From the NCBI GenBank assembly GCA_963745075.1, contig CAVUWV010000028.1, positions 156,530 to 220,529 on the forward strand: a stretch of 64,000 nt of DNA, given 5' to 3'. Source of the stretch: Candidatus Hydrogenedentota bacterium. Its GTDB lineage: Bacteria; Hydrogenedentota; Hydrogenedentia; Hydrogenedentales; SLHB01. This document shows, in pieces, positions 39,681-49,746 of the stretch. The notes below the pieces were generated by a model. The model was not told where the DNA came from, ran no database searches, and was given only the letters and a program-made list of their open reading frames with translations. A program made the position numbers and the translations under genes. The first letter of the stretch is position 1. Each line of letters starts with the position of its first letter.

Positions 39681-41105
39681 TTACGCGAACAAGTCCGTGA
39701 CCGGTTTGCCCAGACCGTCCTTGGTCGCGTAGAAGGGCCGACGCTCGATCTCGTAAGCATGATTCGGTGCGATGCCCATGGCGCGATAAAGCGTGGCATG
39801 AAGATCCGTCGTGGTCACGGGATCGGTGATGGCCTTGCAGGGCCGCTCGTCGGCCGTTTCGCCGTAGAGATGCCCCTTCTTCATGCCGCCGCCGAAGAGC
39901 ACGACGGACCCGGCGGCCGTGAAGTGGCGGTGCATGCCGTAGTGTTTCAATTCGGTCATCACGGCGGGCACTTCCACCTGGTTCTTGACGGTCTTGCCGG
40001 GCTTGCCTTCGGTGAGCATATCGCGGCTGAACTCACTGGCGAGGACGATCAGCGTACGATCGAGCAATCCTCGCGCTTCGAGGTCCAGCACGAGCTGGGC
40101 GATCGGGGCATCGACGGATTTCTTCAAGTCGACTTGCCGCGTGTGACCGTCTTCGTGGGTATCCCAATACTTGAAGGGGATATATTCGGTCGTCACTTCG
40201 ATGAATCGCGCGCCCACCTCGCACAAACGTCGCGCGAGCAGACAGCCCAAGCCGAACCGGCCGGTGTTGTAGATATCGTAGATCTCCTTCGGCTCCTCGG
40301 AGAGATCGAAAGCTTTGGCCGCGGGCGATGTGAGCAAGCGGTGCGCGCTGTCCATCGACCGGATCATCGATTCTTTCTGATAGTCGCTGCCATATTCATG
40401 GTAGGGACTCTGCTCGAGAAGCGACTTATAGAGTTTGTTGCGGTTTACGAAGCGCGATTCCGTCATCCCCGCCGGCGGCTCCACACTGGCTTGGGCGTCC
40501 GCTGGGTTCGGTACAAAGAACGGTCCGTACTCGTTGCCGAGAAAACCGGCGGTATGGAATGCCTTCAATTCCTCCGCTTCGCCTTGGTCGAAACGCTGGC
40601 CGATGTCGATAAAGGCCGGCACATCGGGATTCAGGGGGCCGAGTGTCTTGGAAATCCAGGCGCCGATATGCGGCGCGGCTACCGACAAGGGCGGCTCGTA
40701 CCCCGTATGCCAGTGGTACTGGTGGCGCGAGTGGAGAATGAACCCCAGGTCGGCCGCTTGATACGTGCGAATCAACGTAGCACGGTCCATGACCTGCGCG
40801 ACCCTTTCGAGACCCTGGGATATTTTGATGTTGTCCACGCAAGTGTCGATGGCTGGGAAGGTGCTCAATACCGCGTCGGCCGCAAGCCCGGATTCGTAAG
40901 GCGTATACCGCTTGGGATCGAAGGTTTCCGTGTGCGCCATGCCGCCCGCCATCCACAACACGATCATCGTATCGGCCGTGGACTCGATGGGGTCGACGGA
41001 CTCCTCCGCCTGAACCGCGCGCGGATATCCGGCAGCGAGGGCCGAAAGCGTTGCCGCGCTGGCAGTTTTCAAAAAGTCACGTCGATTCCATGTTGCAGAT
41101 TTCAT
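39681..41105 (-). CDS. Tat-exported DUF1501 domain protein
   Basis: NRRDFL, WMAGGMAHTETFDPK, FGLGCLLARRL, WDTH, SEFSR. Confidence 0.93.
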   Translation of the reverse strand: MKSATWNRRDFLKTASAATLSALAAGYPRAVQAEESVDPIESTADTMIVLWMAGGMAHTETFDPKRYTPYESGLAADAVLSTFPAIDTCVDNIKISQGLERVAQVMDRATLIRTYQAADLGFILHSRHQYHWHTGYEPPLSVAAPHIGAWISKTLGPLNPDVPAFIDIGQRFDQGEAEELKAFHTAGFLGNEYGPFFVPNPADAQASVEPPAGMTESRFVNRNKLYKSLLEQSPYHEYGSDYQKESMIRSMDSAHRLLTSPAAKAFDLSEEPKEIYDIYNTGRFGLGCLLARRLCEVGARFIEVTTEYIPFKYWDTHEDGHTRQVDLKKSVDAPIAQLVLDLEARGLLDRTLIVLASEFSRDMLTEGKPGKTVKNQVEVPAVMTELKHYGMHRHFTAAGSVVLFGGGMKKGHLYGETADERPCKAITDPVTTTDLHATLYRAMGIAPNHAYEIERRPFYATKDGLGKPVTDLFA

Positions 41106-41175
41106 GGTTCCACCTCTGTCATCGTCAGTTGTTCGTTGCCTTGCAGCGGCTACCGCAGACCCTGCGGTCTGACCA

Positions 41176-43133
41176 TTAGTATATCAGTTGAAATTCGGGC
41201 TGCATCGCGAGGGCCCAGAGCAAGTCTTCGACCCCTTCCTTGGTTGCTGGCGATCCAATTACGCCGACGGCAAGTTCCTTCTCCGCATCCGTCGCATCGC
41301 GTTGCAGCGCATGCTTGTAGATCTGATTGACTAGATCTTCGGATGGCGGCACGTCACCCTGCACCAGATTGGCGGCGCCCCGTTCGAGTTCGCTCATGAG
41401 CGTCTGCCCATTGGTTAATTCCACCGCTTCCAACGCGGTCGCGACGGACTGCCGGCGCGTGACGACCTGCTCCCGGTTGGGCCGGCCCATGGCCCGGGTC
41501 AAGGGATCCGCATTGACACGCCACGCGCGCACCACGGGGGGCAGAGGTTCTTCGTCCTTCTTTTTCGGCGGTTGCGGTGTCGCAAACTGAGGGTTCTCCT
41601 GCCACGCACCGGTCAGCGAAGACAACGTATCCAGGAACATTTCCGCCGTCATGCGTTTCACTTCGGGACCTTGGAATACGTAGGGGTCCTGCGAATCAGG
41701 CGACGTGTCCTGTGCCGGAAGCCGATACGCCTGCAACGTCAGGATCAACCGCATGGTGTGCTTCAGGTCGTAGCCGTGTTGGATAAGGTCGTTTGCCAGC
41801 CAATCCAGGAGGTCCGCATTCCAGGGCTCGTTTTCGATAACGTCCAGGGGTTCGACAAGGCCACGCCCCATGAACTTCGCCCAGATTCGGTTCACGATGG
41901 TCCGCGTAAAAAAGCCGTCGTCTTCGCTCGTAATGATGCGGGCCAATTGGGCGCGCTGTCCCTCGATGGATCGTGAGGCGTCGATGGTCCCCACTTCCGG
42001 CCACAGGAATCTCACCTCAGCCGTCTCGCCCTGAGGCACGTCACAACGCACCAGTTCCAGCGAGCCGTCGGTAAATACGCTCGCCATGCCGTAGGAATCG
42101 GCCAGTTTCCAGTGATCGACAAAGCTGTCGTGGCAGGAGGCACACTTGAGGTTCACGCCGAGAAAGACTTGGGAGACACTCTGGGCGGCTTGCATGGCAG
42201 GGACCATGACGGCGGCGGTAGTCCCGCGCCAGATGATCCCATTGACGAAGCCTTCATTCTCCGGCGTGGGATTAATCAACTGGGTCACGAACTGGTCGTA
42301 GGGCATATTGTTGTACAACGCGTTGAACAACCAAGGGGTGATTTGTTTTCGCCCGCCGTCAATGTATCCCGTGCCCTGAAAATCGTTGCGGAGGGCATCG
42401 TTCCAGAACGTCATCCAGTTCTCGGCATATGCGAGTCGGTCGTTGAGCAACCGGTCCGCGACTTCCCCGTACTTCCCGGGATCGGTGTTCGCGAGGAAGG
42501 CGTCGAGGTCGGCCGGTTCCGGCACGAGACCGGTAACATCCAACGAAGCACGGCGCATGAATGCCGCATCCGAAACGAGATCGCCCGGTGTCACGTTATG
42601 CTCGGCAAAATACGCGTCGATAAATCGATCGATGGGATTGTTCGGATTCCGCGCCCGGCTTGCGCCGGCGGAAGTTCCGGATGGCGAAGCGCCACGGGTG
42701 CGACATACCCCTCCTGCGCTTCTTCGATGTCGTGCCAAGTGAGCCCCTGGTCGATCCACGCGCGCAGGACGCCAACTTCTTCCGGCGTCAATCGCGCGCC
42801 TTTGGGTGGCATGACGAGATCCGGGTCAAGTCCGGAAACCAGTTTGATCAGGTAGCTTTCTTCGCTCTTGCCTTCGGCGATGACCGCGCCGGAATCGCCC
42901 CCGGTCAGCAACTCCTCGCGGGAATTCATCTGGAACCCGCCGCGGCTCTTCCCGCCGCCGTGGCATTGGAAGCACCGTTCGGCCAAAAGCGGATGCACTT
43001 CCGTATCGAAATCCACTTGATGTTTTGCCGGTGGTGGCATCTGGGCCGCGTCTTCCGCAAGCCCACAAGGAACCATCGCGACGGTCATCAACAACGTGAA
43101 CAGACAAGACAGGGATAGACTGGACCTGTGCAC
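41176..43133 (-). CDS. Planctomycete cytochrome c + DUF1549/DUF1553 protein, split by a probable indel near 42650
   Basis: CFQCH and MPPKG in the 5' frame; NPIDRFI, RRASLDVTG, CASCH, VNRIW in the 3' frame; standard partner of DUF1501. Confidence 0.9.
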
Positions 43134-43193
43134 TACGCCAACTCCTTGCAGCTACTTCAGTGATTCTATGTAATGCCGCGGCGGCCCGACCGA

Positions 43194-44081
43194 TTATAGG
43201 CTGCCGGCGGAAATCTTGGAGATTCGTTCGGAAAGATCGCGGAAATAGGCTTCGTCGCCGCCACTCAACTCGGCGGTCACGAATCCGTCGTACCCGACTT
43301 CCGCAAATGCTTTGCGCACTTCCGGCCAATCCACGCTGCCTTCACCGAGATTGACCCACTCGCGTTCTTTGCGCTTAAAGTCCTTCAGGTGCACTTTGTA
43401 GATGCGTTTGCCGAGCGTGCGAATCCAGTCCTGAGGATAGCCGAAAGCCACCACGTTGCCCACGTCGAAGTACGAGCGCACGAAGGGGCTGTCGAAATCG
43501 TCCACGTATTGCGCAAACTCGAGCGGGCTTAAAAGGAAGTCGTTCCAAACCTCTTCCACCGCGATAACCACGCCCAACTCTTCCGCGACCGGGATCAGGG
43601 AACGGATGTGCTTCTGCGACCGCTCATAGGCCTCGATGTACCGCACGTTCGCCTTGACGACCGCCGGCACCAGCAGAATGTTGTCGGCCTGCATGGCCTT
43701 CGCACAGTGTAACGCCTGCTCGATTTCCTTCTTGCCCTTCTCCTGAACAGCAGGGTCAGGATCGGACAAAGGGGCGCCCCAACCTCCGTAAATGATGGAG
43801 TGGATGCGCAACCCCGCATCCCGGGCTTGTTTGCCGACGGTCTCCGCCTCGGCGAGATCGGCGATCGGCGGGGATTCCAGACCGTCAAAGCCGCAACTCT
43901 TCGCCAGCGCAAACTTATCCGGGTTTGAAAGATCTTTCGGCAACATCCCCGTGATAACGGCCTTCTTGAACGGCGGGTACTTTGCATCCTGCGCCTGCGC
44001 GCTAAGAGAAGAGGTCAAGGCCACCGCGCCCAAAGCGACGCCCGATGTAGCGAGAAAATCCCGACGCGATACGTTAGTCAT
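43194..44081 (-). CDS. Tat-exported sugar phosphate isomerase/epimerase (TIM barrel)
   Basis: SRRDFL, EEVWN, YFDVGN, VHLKD. Confidence 0.9.
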   Translation of the reverse strand: MTNVSRRDFLATSGVALGAVALTSSLSAQAQDAKYPPFKKAVITGMLPKDLSNPDKFALAKSCGFDGLESPPIADLAEAETVGKQARDAGLRIHSIIYGGWGAPLSDPDPAVQEKGKKEIEQALHCAKAMQADNILLVPAVVKANVRYIEAYERSQKHIRSLIPVAEELGVVIAVEEVWNDFLLSPLEFAQYVDDFDSPFVRSYFDVGNVVAFGYPQDWIRTLGKRIYKVHLKDFKRKEREWVNLGEGSVDWPEVRKAFAEVGYDGFVTAELSGGDEAYFRDLSERISKISAGSL

Positions 44082-44177
44082 GGGGTACTCCTTACCGGTG
44101 CCTGATGACGTTTCGCCCTTTGCAGTTGAACGATATATCCGATAAGACTACGCAGAACCGGCGTTAAGTTCAAGATT

Positions 44178-44624
44178 TCAACCGGCGGTTTCGCCGATAT
44201 CCTCCGCCCAAAGGTCGGGGTGTTTCCGTTGAAACTCCTGCATCAGTGCGATGCACTCGGGGTCACTCAGGATCTCGACTTCGACGCCCCGGGACCGCAA
44301 CATCTCGGTTTCCCCTTGGAACGTAGTCTCCTCGCCGACGATGACTTTCGGAATCTTGTACAGCAGAATCGCACCGGTGCACATGCTGCACGGCGACAAC
44401 GTCGTGTACAAAACGCTCTCGCGATACACCTGGGCCGGCTGCCGCCCGGCATTCTCGAAGGCGTCCATCTCACCGTGGAGAATCGCACTGCCTTGCTGAT
44501 GACGCCGGTTATGTCCGCGCCCAATAATCTGTCCGTTGTGGACGATCACCGAGCCAATCGGAATACCGCCTTCTGCAAGCCCCTTCCGCGCTTCGTTTAC
44601 GGCCTCCGTGAAGAATGGATCCAT
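44178..44624 (-). CDS. Zn-dependent nucleoside/cytosine deaminase (yeast Fcy1-like)
   Basis: EGGIPIGS, LHGE, YTTLSPCSMC, WAEDIGE. Confidence 0.92.
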   Translation of the reverse strand: MDPFFTEAVNEARKGLAEGGIPIGSVIVHNGQIIGRGHNRRHQQGSAILHGEMDAFENAGRQPAQVYRESVLYTTLSPCSMCTGAILLYKIPKVIVGEETTFQGETEMLRSRGVEVEILSDPECIALMQEFQRKHPDLWAEDIGETAG

Positions 44625-44721
44625 GGATTTCTCCCTTCCCAGATGTTTGGGTCGGCACTAAGGCGAATCGTGGCATAGTTTCTGCGCACAGAATGATGCA
44701 CAACTACAGGACGTGGCATCA

Positions 44722-44892
44722 ATGAAATCATACACCGCCGTCATCGAAGTCTGCCCGGACACGGGACTTTACGTGGGACACGTACCCGGTTTTCCTGGCG
44801 CCCAAAGTCAAGCTGAAACTTTGGATGAACTCCGCAGAGATCTTCAAGAAGTTGTGTCCATGCTCGTGGAAAATGGTTTGAGCGACAGATGA
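44722..44892 (+). CDS. hicB: HicB-family antitoxin, 56 aa, no adjacent hicA
   Basis: Below the track cutoff. MKSYTAVIEVCPDTGLYVGHVPGFPGAQSQAETLDELRRDLQEVVSML is a HicB partial RNase H fold. Confidence 0.8.
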   Translation: MKSYTAVIEVCPDTGLYVGHVPGFPGAQSQAETLDELRRDLQEVVSMLVENGLSDR

Positions 44893-45090
44893 AAGCTTGC
44901 GATTACCGTTCGTTCCACGAGCCAGCCTCAGTTTCTACTATTTGGCCGGGATGAGAGACACCCCGGAGCCCCAAAGGTGGTTCGACTGCTCTCCGCCCTT
45001 GGATATGGGAATGAATAGGGACGGTGACCGTTCAGTCGTCATGGTACGCGAAAGACGGTGTCAATCTCGTTGACGTGCCGCTTTTCGGAT

Positions 45091-45390
45091 TTACGGCGAT
45101 TCGTTCTCCAGTCCCGTCAAATTACGGCTGCCGTGCACGACCATCACGATCTCGATAGTTTCCGGCCCCAGCCGGTAGACGATGCGATAGCCTTGATATA
45201 TGACCTCTCGGATGCGCGGATCTTTGGCCTCCGACATCGCCTTGCCGCTTCGCGGAAACTGCGGCAAGCGGCGGGTAGCGTGAAGCAACCGTTCGACGAA
45301 AGGCTGGGCGTACGTGGGCGCGTCCTGCTTAATGTAGTCGCGGATATGCTCAACGTCCAGCAAAGCCCGCCGCGACCAGATTACCCTCAT
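45091..45390 (-). CDS. RelE/ParE family toxin
   Basis: MRVIWSRRALLDVEHIRDYI...FPRSG...IREVIYQGYRIVY...VVHGSR. Confidence 0.93.
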   Translation of the reverse strand: MRVIWSRRALLDVEHIRDYIKQDAPTYAQPFVERLLHATRRLPQFPRSGKAMSEAKDPRIREVIYQGYRIVYRLGPETIEIVMVVHGSRNLTGLENESP

Positions 45391-45575
45391 AAGGGTCGTT
45401 TACCCAGCAGATGCTGTTCCACTTCCTCCTGCGTGTAGGTGCGCCCCTCATCGAGATCGTGCAACCCCTCTTCCAACTTCTGCCGCACATAGAGCGCGTA
45501 CATGGCGTCGTCAAAAGAAGCCTCTTCGGGAAGGTGCTCGGCAATGTCGTGGACGATCTGTTTAACGGTTTTCAT
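45387..45575 (-). CDS. Antitoxin partner of the RelE/ParE toxin
   Basis: 62-aa acidic protein (LPEEASFDD...EEGLHDLDEGR) with an ATGA overlap onto the toxin. Confidence 0.85.
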   Translation of the reverse strand: MKTVKQIVHDIAEHLPEEASFDDAMYALYVRQKLEEGLHDLDEGRTYTQEEVEQHLLGKRPL

Positions 45576-45768
45576 GATAAACCTTCCATGGCATCGCAGT
45601 TACAGAAATACACTCCGTTCATTGTAAATCTCGAAAAAATAATACTCCATCTTCGGGCGCTGCGCAACGAAGACAACATATTCAGTGAGTACTACCGCGC
45701 TCGCCGAGCGCAGTACGATTATGCAGATATCCACAGACTATCGGATGCCGGTTTCGCCGAAACCGGCA

Positions 45769-47155
45769 CTACTGTTCACCCGGCAACTCCCGCTCGATTT
45801 CATTCGCACGATATCCAAACCCCGAACCGTCGATAGTGCCCAGTGCTAACTGACCGTCGCGCCGTTGATACAGGCCGGGGTGTACCTCTGCCTCAACCTT
45901 CGAGGCCTCGGGGTAGAACTGCATCGCGTTGGTTTCAACGCCCATGATGGTCCCGGCGTGGGCGGCGAGGAGCACGTGCGGAATTTGTGCGATCATGGGA
46001 TTGGTCAAGTCTTGGACCATAAGCGTCATGCCATGCGCCTTGGCCCAGCAGAGGCTTAACAGCGCCCCCGTCTGCGTTTTGCAGGTCTTCAGCGCGACCC
46101 CCGTCCATCCCAGCGAACGGCCCAGTCGCACGAGATGCCAGTCGTGGGCGCTTTCGTCCATGAAAAGTGGTTTACGCGCGGCCACGCTGTGCACGTCGAT
46201 GCGATGTTTCTCCAAGTCGTAGGGAAATGGTTGCTCGACGTAGAGAATCATGCCGTAGATCCGGGGATGGGCGACCACGAGTTGGTCGAGAATACCGTTT
46301 ACATACGCGGGATCGGTTACCGTGCAGTTGAAATCCGCTGTCAGCCAGTCCACACCGTCTTCGATGGCGATCTCCCCCACCGCTACCAGACGGGCATGGT
46401 CCCACGGCGCATCGTTGCCGCGCAATTTCACCTTCAGGCACTTCAGGCCGTCCCGCTTGATCCAATCTCTCAATAGGACGGGGTAACCGTCGTCCGGCTC
46501 AGACCCCGTTAGTTCCGACTCGTCCAACGGGTCCAGTCCTCCGACAAGATGCCACGCCGGCAAGGAGTCGACCCGCGGCATTACCAAAAAATCCTCCGGA
46601 TACAGCCCCGCAAACGACACATCAGACCCGTCGGCCGGTTCCAAATAGGTGGAAAGATCCCAGTTCATGTACTGGGCGTTGTACGTGGAATAGGTCGGGC
46701 ACCCCGTGCAACACGCCGTAGGCATCATGCACCGCAATATCAAAGGCCGAACAACACACCAGCGCCGCCAGCCACGGCATCGGTTCTTTGCGTCCTTTGT
46801 TGGCAGCCTCGGCGAGCGATCTCAACGGGCCTTCCTGAAACGCATGCCCAATCTCCATGGGGTGCCCCGACTCACCAAACGCGGGCAACGCCTCCCTCAA
46901 TCCTACGCAGAATGTCTTCAAGGCATCGTGCCGCTCATCGTAGGACAAAGCGCTCGGCCACACCCATTGCACGCTTAACGGTGTCTCGCCCCACCCCTCC
47001 GCGCGTCGGCCGTTCGCGCACTCCACCGTCACCCGCACCCGCGCACAGGTCACGTAGGTAACCGTCTCGGTCCCGAACTTCAATGGCACCCGCGTGTAGA
47101 CGGGCAAAAAATACAACGCCGCATCCACGACGCGGATATCGGTGTCTTTGGGCAT
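45769..47155 (-). CDS. Mandelate racemase / muconate lactonizing enzyme (enolase superfamily) protein, split by a probable indel near 46698
   Basis: PLKFG and GWGE N-terminal domain; KVK, DFN, EQP, MDES metal ligands in the 3' frame. Removing one base from the GGG run at 46697-46699 joins them. Confidence 0.85.
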
Positions 47156-47295
47156 GAATACCTCCTGCATTGAATGCATCGAATTCTCGATGGAGTATAA
47201 TACACACGGAAGCAGCGTCACAGCGGACAAGAGGTTCTCGCCGACTGGGGAGTGGCTCGAGAGAAGAATCTCGTAGAAACGGAGGCTACCGAGGA

Positions 47296-47520
47296 ATGAA
47301 GATAAAGCAAATTGAGGAAGCCGCCCTTCAGTTGCCAATCGAAGCAAGGGCGGGGCTGGCGCAAAAGCTCCTTTTGAGTCTCGAATCGCCCGACGATGAG
47401 GAAATCGCTGCTGAATGGCTGTCGGAAGCGGAGCGCCGTGCACGAGAGCTAGACGAGGGCAAGGTTGAGCCGATTTCTGCCGAGGAAGTCAGACGCAAAG
47501 CCCGGGCATTGTTCCGGTGA
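47296..47520 (+). CDS. Addiction-module antitoxin (TIGR02574-like)
   Basis: ALQLPIEARAGLAQKLLLSL...W..EAERRA; GAGG RBS; GTGA overlap with the toxin. Confidence 0.9.
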   Translation: MKIKQIEEAALQLPIEARAGLAQKLLLSLESPDDEEIAAEWLSEAERRARELDEGKVEPISAEEVRRKARALFR

Positions 47521-47810
47521 TTTACACATTCCACGCTGCCGCGGAAGCGGAATACCTGGAGGCTATCGCATATTACGAATCCAAGCGGCCAGGACTCGGC
47601 GCTTCGTTCTTCGCCGAGTATGAAAAGCTCATGAATTCTGTTTGTGAATCGCACGAACGCTACAGACTGGAAACTCCATCCGGCATTCGGGTCGCGGTGA
47701 TGACGCGCTTCCCCTACTCGGTTTATTACCGGTGCGCGTCCGGTTCGGTTCAAGTATTGGCCGTCGCCCACCAACGGCGACGCCCCAATTATTGGTTGGG
47801 GAGACTCTGA
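47517..47810 (+). CDS. RelE/ParE family toxin
   Basis: FHAAAEAEYLEAIAYYE...GLG..F, RFPYSVYY, AVAHQRRRPNYW. Confidence 0.92.
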   Translation: MIYTFHAAAEAEYLEAIAYYESKRPGLGASFFAEYEKLMNSVCESHERYRLETPSGIRVAVMTRFPYSVYYRCASGSVQVLAVAHQRRRPNYWLGRL

Positions 47811-47917
47811 CAAAGGAACTGCCTGGTCTACCGACCCCCCCGACAACGAAAGTCACCCGTTCTTTCGGCTCACGTAGACATACACACGACTCGGTTTCGG
47901 AAAGTCCAGATCACACA

Positions 47918-48175
47918 ATGACTAACATCCAGTCGAAACGCCTCATCGTTGTTAAGGGCCTGTTGTTCATCCTCATCACGGTGGGCGCCGGTGTAGGCAT
48001 CGTTTGCACCAGCCCGAGTTTTACCGTCGTTGCCCTCGTGCTGACTCTCATCTGGGCCTCTGCGCGGTCATACTACTTCCTCTTTTATGTGCTCGAAAAA
48101 TACGTCGATCCAAGTCTCAAGTACACGGGGCTCCTGGACTTAGCACGGCACCTGATAGCCCCGCTCAGGCGTTAG
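47918..48175 (+). CDS. Small hypothetical membrane protein
   Basis: 85 aa with two hydrophobic segments; RSYYFLFYVLEKYVDP looks like a conserved family motif. Confidence 0.65.
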   Translation: MTNIQSKRLIVVKGLLFILITVGAGVGIVCTSPSFTVVALVLTLIWASARSYYFLFYVLEKYVDPSLKYTGLLDLARHLIAPLRR

Positions 48176-48292
48176 AACTGGAAATGCGATAGTGAACCAA
48201 ATTCCGCGGCCAAGCGTCATATAATAGAACCGTGGTGGCTTGACGCGTTCAGGGTGCGCCGACAATTGGAAAATGGTTGGGGGGATCAACTT

Positions 48293-49216
48293 ATGAAGAC
48301 TGCACTTGGAGTTGCGGGTTGGCTCGTGGCAGTTACAGCCATGGTAGCCGTGGGAATTCTTTTCGTCGCTAATCAGTCCTTGAGAAACGACCTGCAGCGT
48401 GCGCAGGATAAGGTTGCGGTGCAATCGACGACCCTCGAACAACGAGAGAAAGTCTACAATCAAGCGCAAGCCAAGGTCGAGGAACTTCAGCAGCAAGTTG
48501 CACACGCCGAAGAAGCAACCATGGCTGAGCCCACGGCGTCCGAAACGGAAGAGGCGCCGGAAACTGGTGCGGACGGAGACGCAGCGGAACCTGGCTCCGA
48601 TGCCGACGCCAAAGCGTCCGGTAACTCAATGCGCAATGCCCAACGCGCGCAAATGGGCATCATGGTCGGCATGCAGTACAACAGTCTTCTTGAGGACCTG
48701 GCCCTTCCTGCCGAAACCCAGAATGCCGTAAACGATCTGTTGATCGATGCGTCAATCGAGTCACAACAAGCGACCGTGAAAGCGATGATGTCGGGAACGT
48801 CCACGGCCAAGGAGGCCAAGAAGGAACTGGATGCCATTGATGCGCGCCTGCGCGACAAGTTGAGCAAGGTTCTTACGGACGACCAGATCGCGCAGTGGGA
48901 TACGTACCAGGACTTCTCCGACGAGGTGCTTTACGAGGCGCTGTTGGACGGACAACTGACGATGCTGGCGTCCGGGTTGAACGAGGAAACTCGAAAAACC
49001 GCGAAGATCGTCCTCGCCGGAGAGTTAGCCGCGGAACTCGACCGGTTCTACCAGACCGACACGCCTTACACGCTCGACAACTTCAATCAGGCCCAACTGG
49101 CAGGCCTGAACAACGGTATGGCGAAAATGCCCGATACGGTCAGCGAAGAACAATACGCCCATCTCACGGGCTTTATCGACACCGTAGCCGCTACGTTCGA
49201 CCAGATGAAGCAATGA
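48293..49216 (+). CDS. Membrane-anchored coiled-coil hypothetical protein
   Basis: N-terminal transmembrane segment, Q/E-rich coiled coil, acidic linker, helical domain. Confidence 0.75.
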   Translation: MKTALGVAGWLVAVTAMVAVGILFVANQSLRNDLQRAQDKVAVQSTTLEQREKVYNQAQAKVEELQQQVAHAEEATMAEPTASETEEAPETGADGDAAEPGSDADAKASGNSMRNAQRAQMGIMVGMQYNSLLEDLALPAETQNAVNDLLIDASIESQQATVKAMMSGTSTAKEAKKELDAIDARLRDKLSKVLTDDQIAQWDTYQDFSDEVLYEALLDGQLTMLASGLNEETRKTAKIVLAGELAAELDRFYQTDTPYTLDNFNQAQLAGLNNGMAKMPDTVSEEQYAHLTGFIDTVAATFDQMKQ

Positions 49217-49278
49217 GTCGTGCGGTACCCGGGTCGCTTGGTTAAGCCTCTACAAGCGCCTTTGCCGTACTCGATGCG

Positions 49279-49659
49279 CTATGAAAACAAGGACCGGAGC
49301 CATGGTCCGTATACGCGCGACCGTCCAATTTCATCGAGAATTGCCAAGACGCCAAAGAAGAGACAGAGCGCCGACGGCGCCAAAATGATGAAGAGAGTCA
49401 CTCCTGCGATAATTCCTGACCACGACCTCTTGGGTGGATCCCCCGCTGTACGCATCCGATGGCGTAGTACGCCCCCAAACCACCAGATGCTGGCCGCTAC
49501 ACCAAGGCCCAGCAATACCGTCGATGTATGGAGGAAAATCGGCGGACCCGAATAGTGACCGAACATGATGTCGGTCTGAATCAGCCATTTGAAAAACACC
49601 ACGATTCCGATGACGTTGAATACGAGCGCCACCGGCAGCAGCACGCGTCTAAGCCACAT
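49279..49659 (-). CDS. Hypothetical membrane protein (3 TM)
   Basis: Three hydrophobic segments; fills the gap between flanking genes. Confidence 0.6.
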   Translation of the reverse strand: MWLRRVLLPVALVFNVIGIVVFFKWLIQTDIMFGHYSGPPIFLHTSTVLLGLGVAASIWWFGGVLRHRMRTAGDPPKRSWSGIIAGVTLFIILAPSALCLFFGVLAILDEIGRSRVYGPWLRSLFS

Positions 49660-49746
49660 ATCTCACCGCTTCAGAACCGTCATTGTGCGGGCGGGTTCGA
49701 CTGTTGTCACCCGATGCCTCTCCGACCCGCGCGGAAAGGAAGGGCT

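Noticed and set aside
39624..41330. 568-aa plus-strand ORF, and similar long antisense ORFs at 53840-55741, 26782-27921 and 56659-57831
   Set aside because: Each lies opposite a well-supported gene and has no motifs; long antisense frames are expected at high GC.
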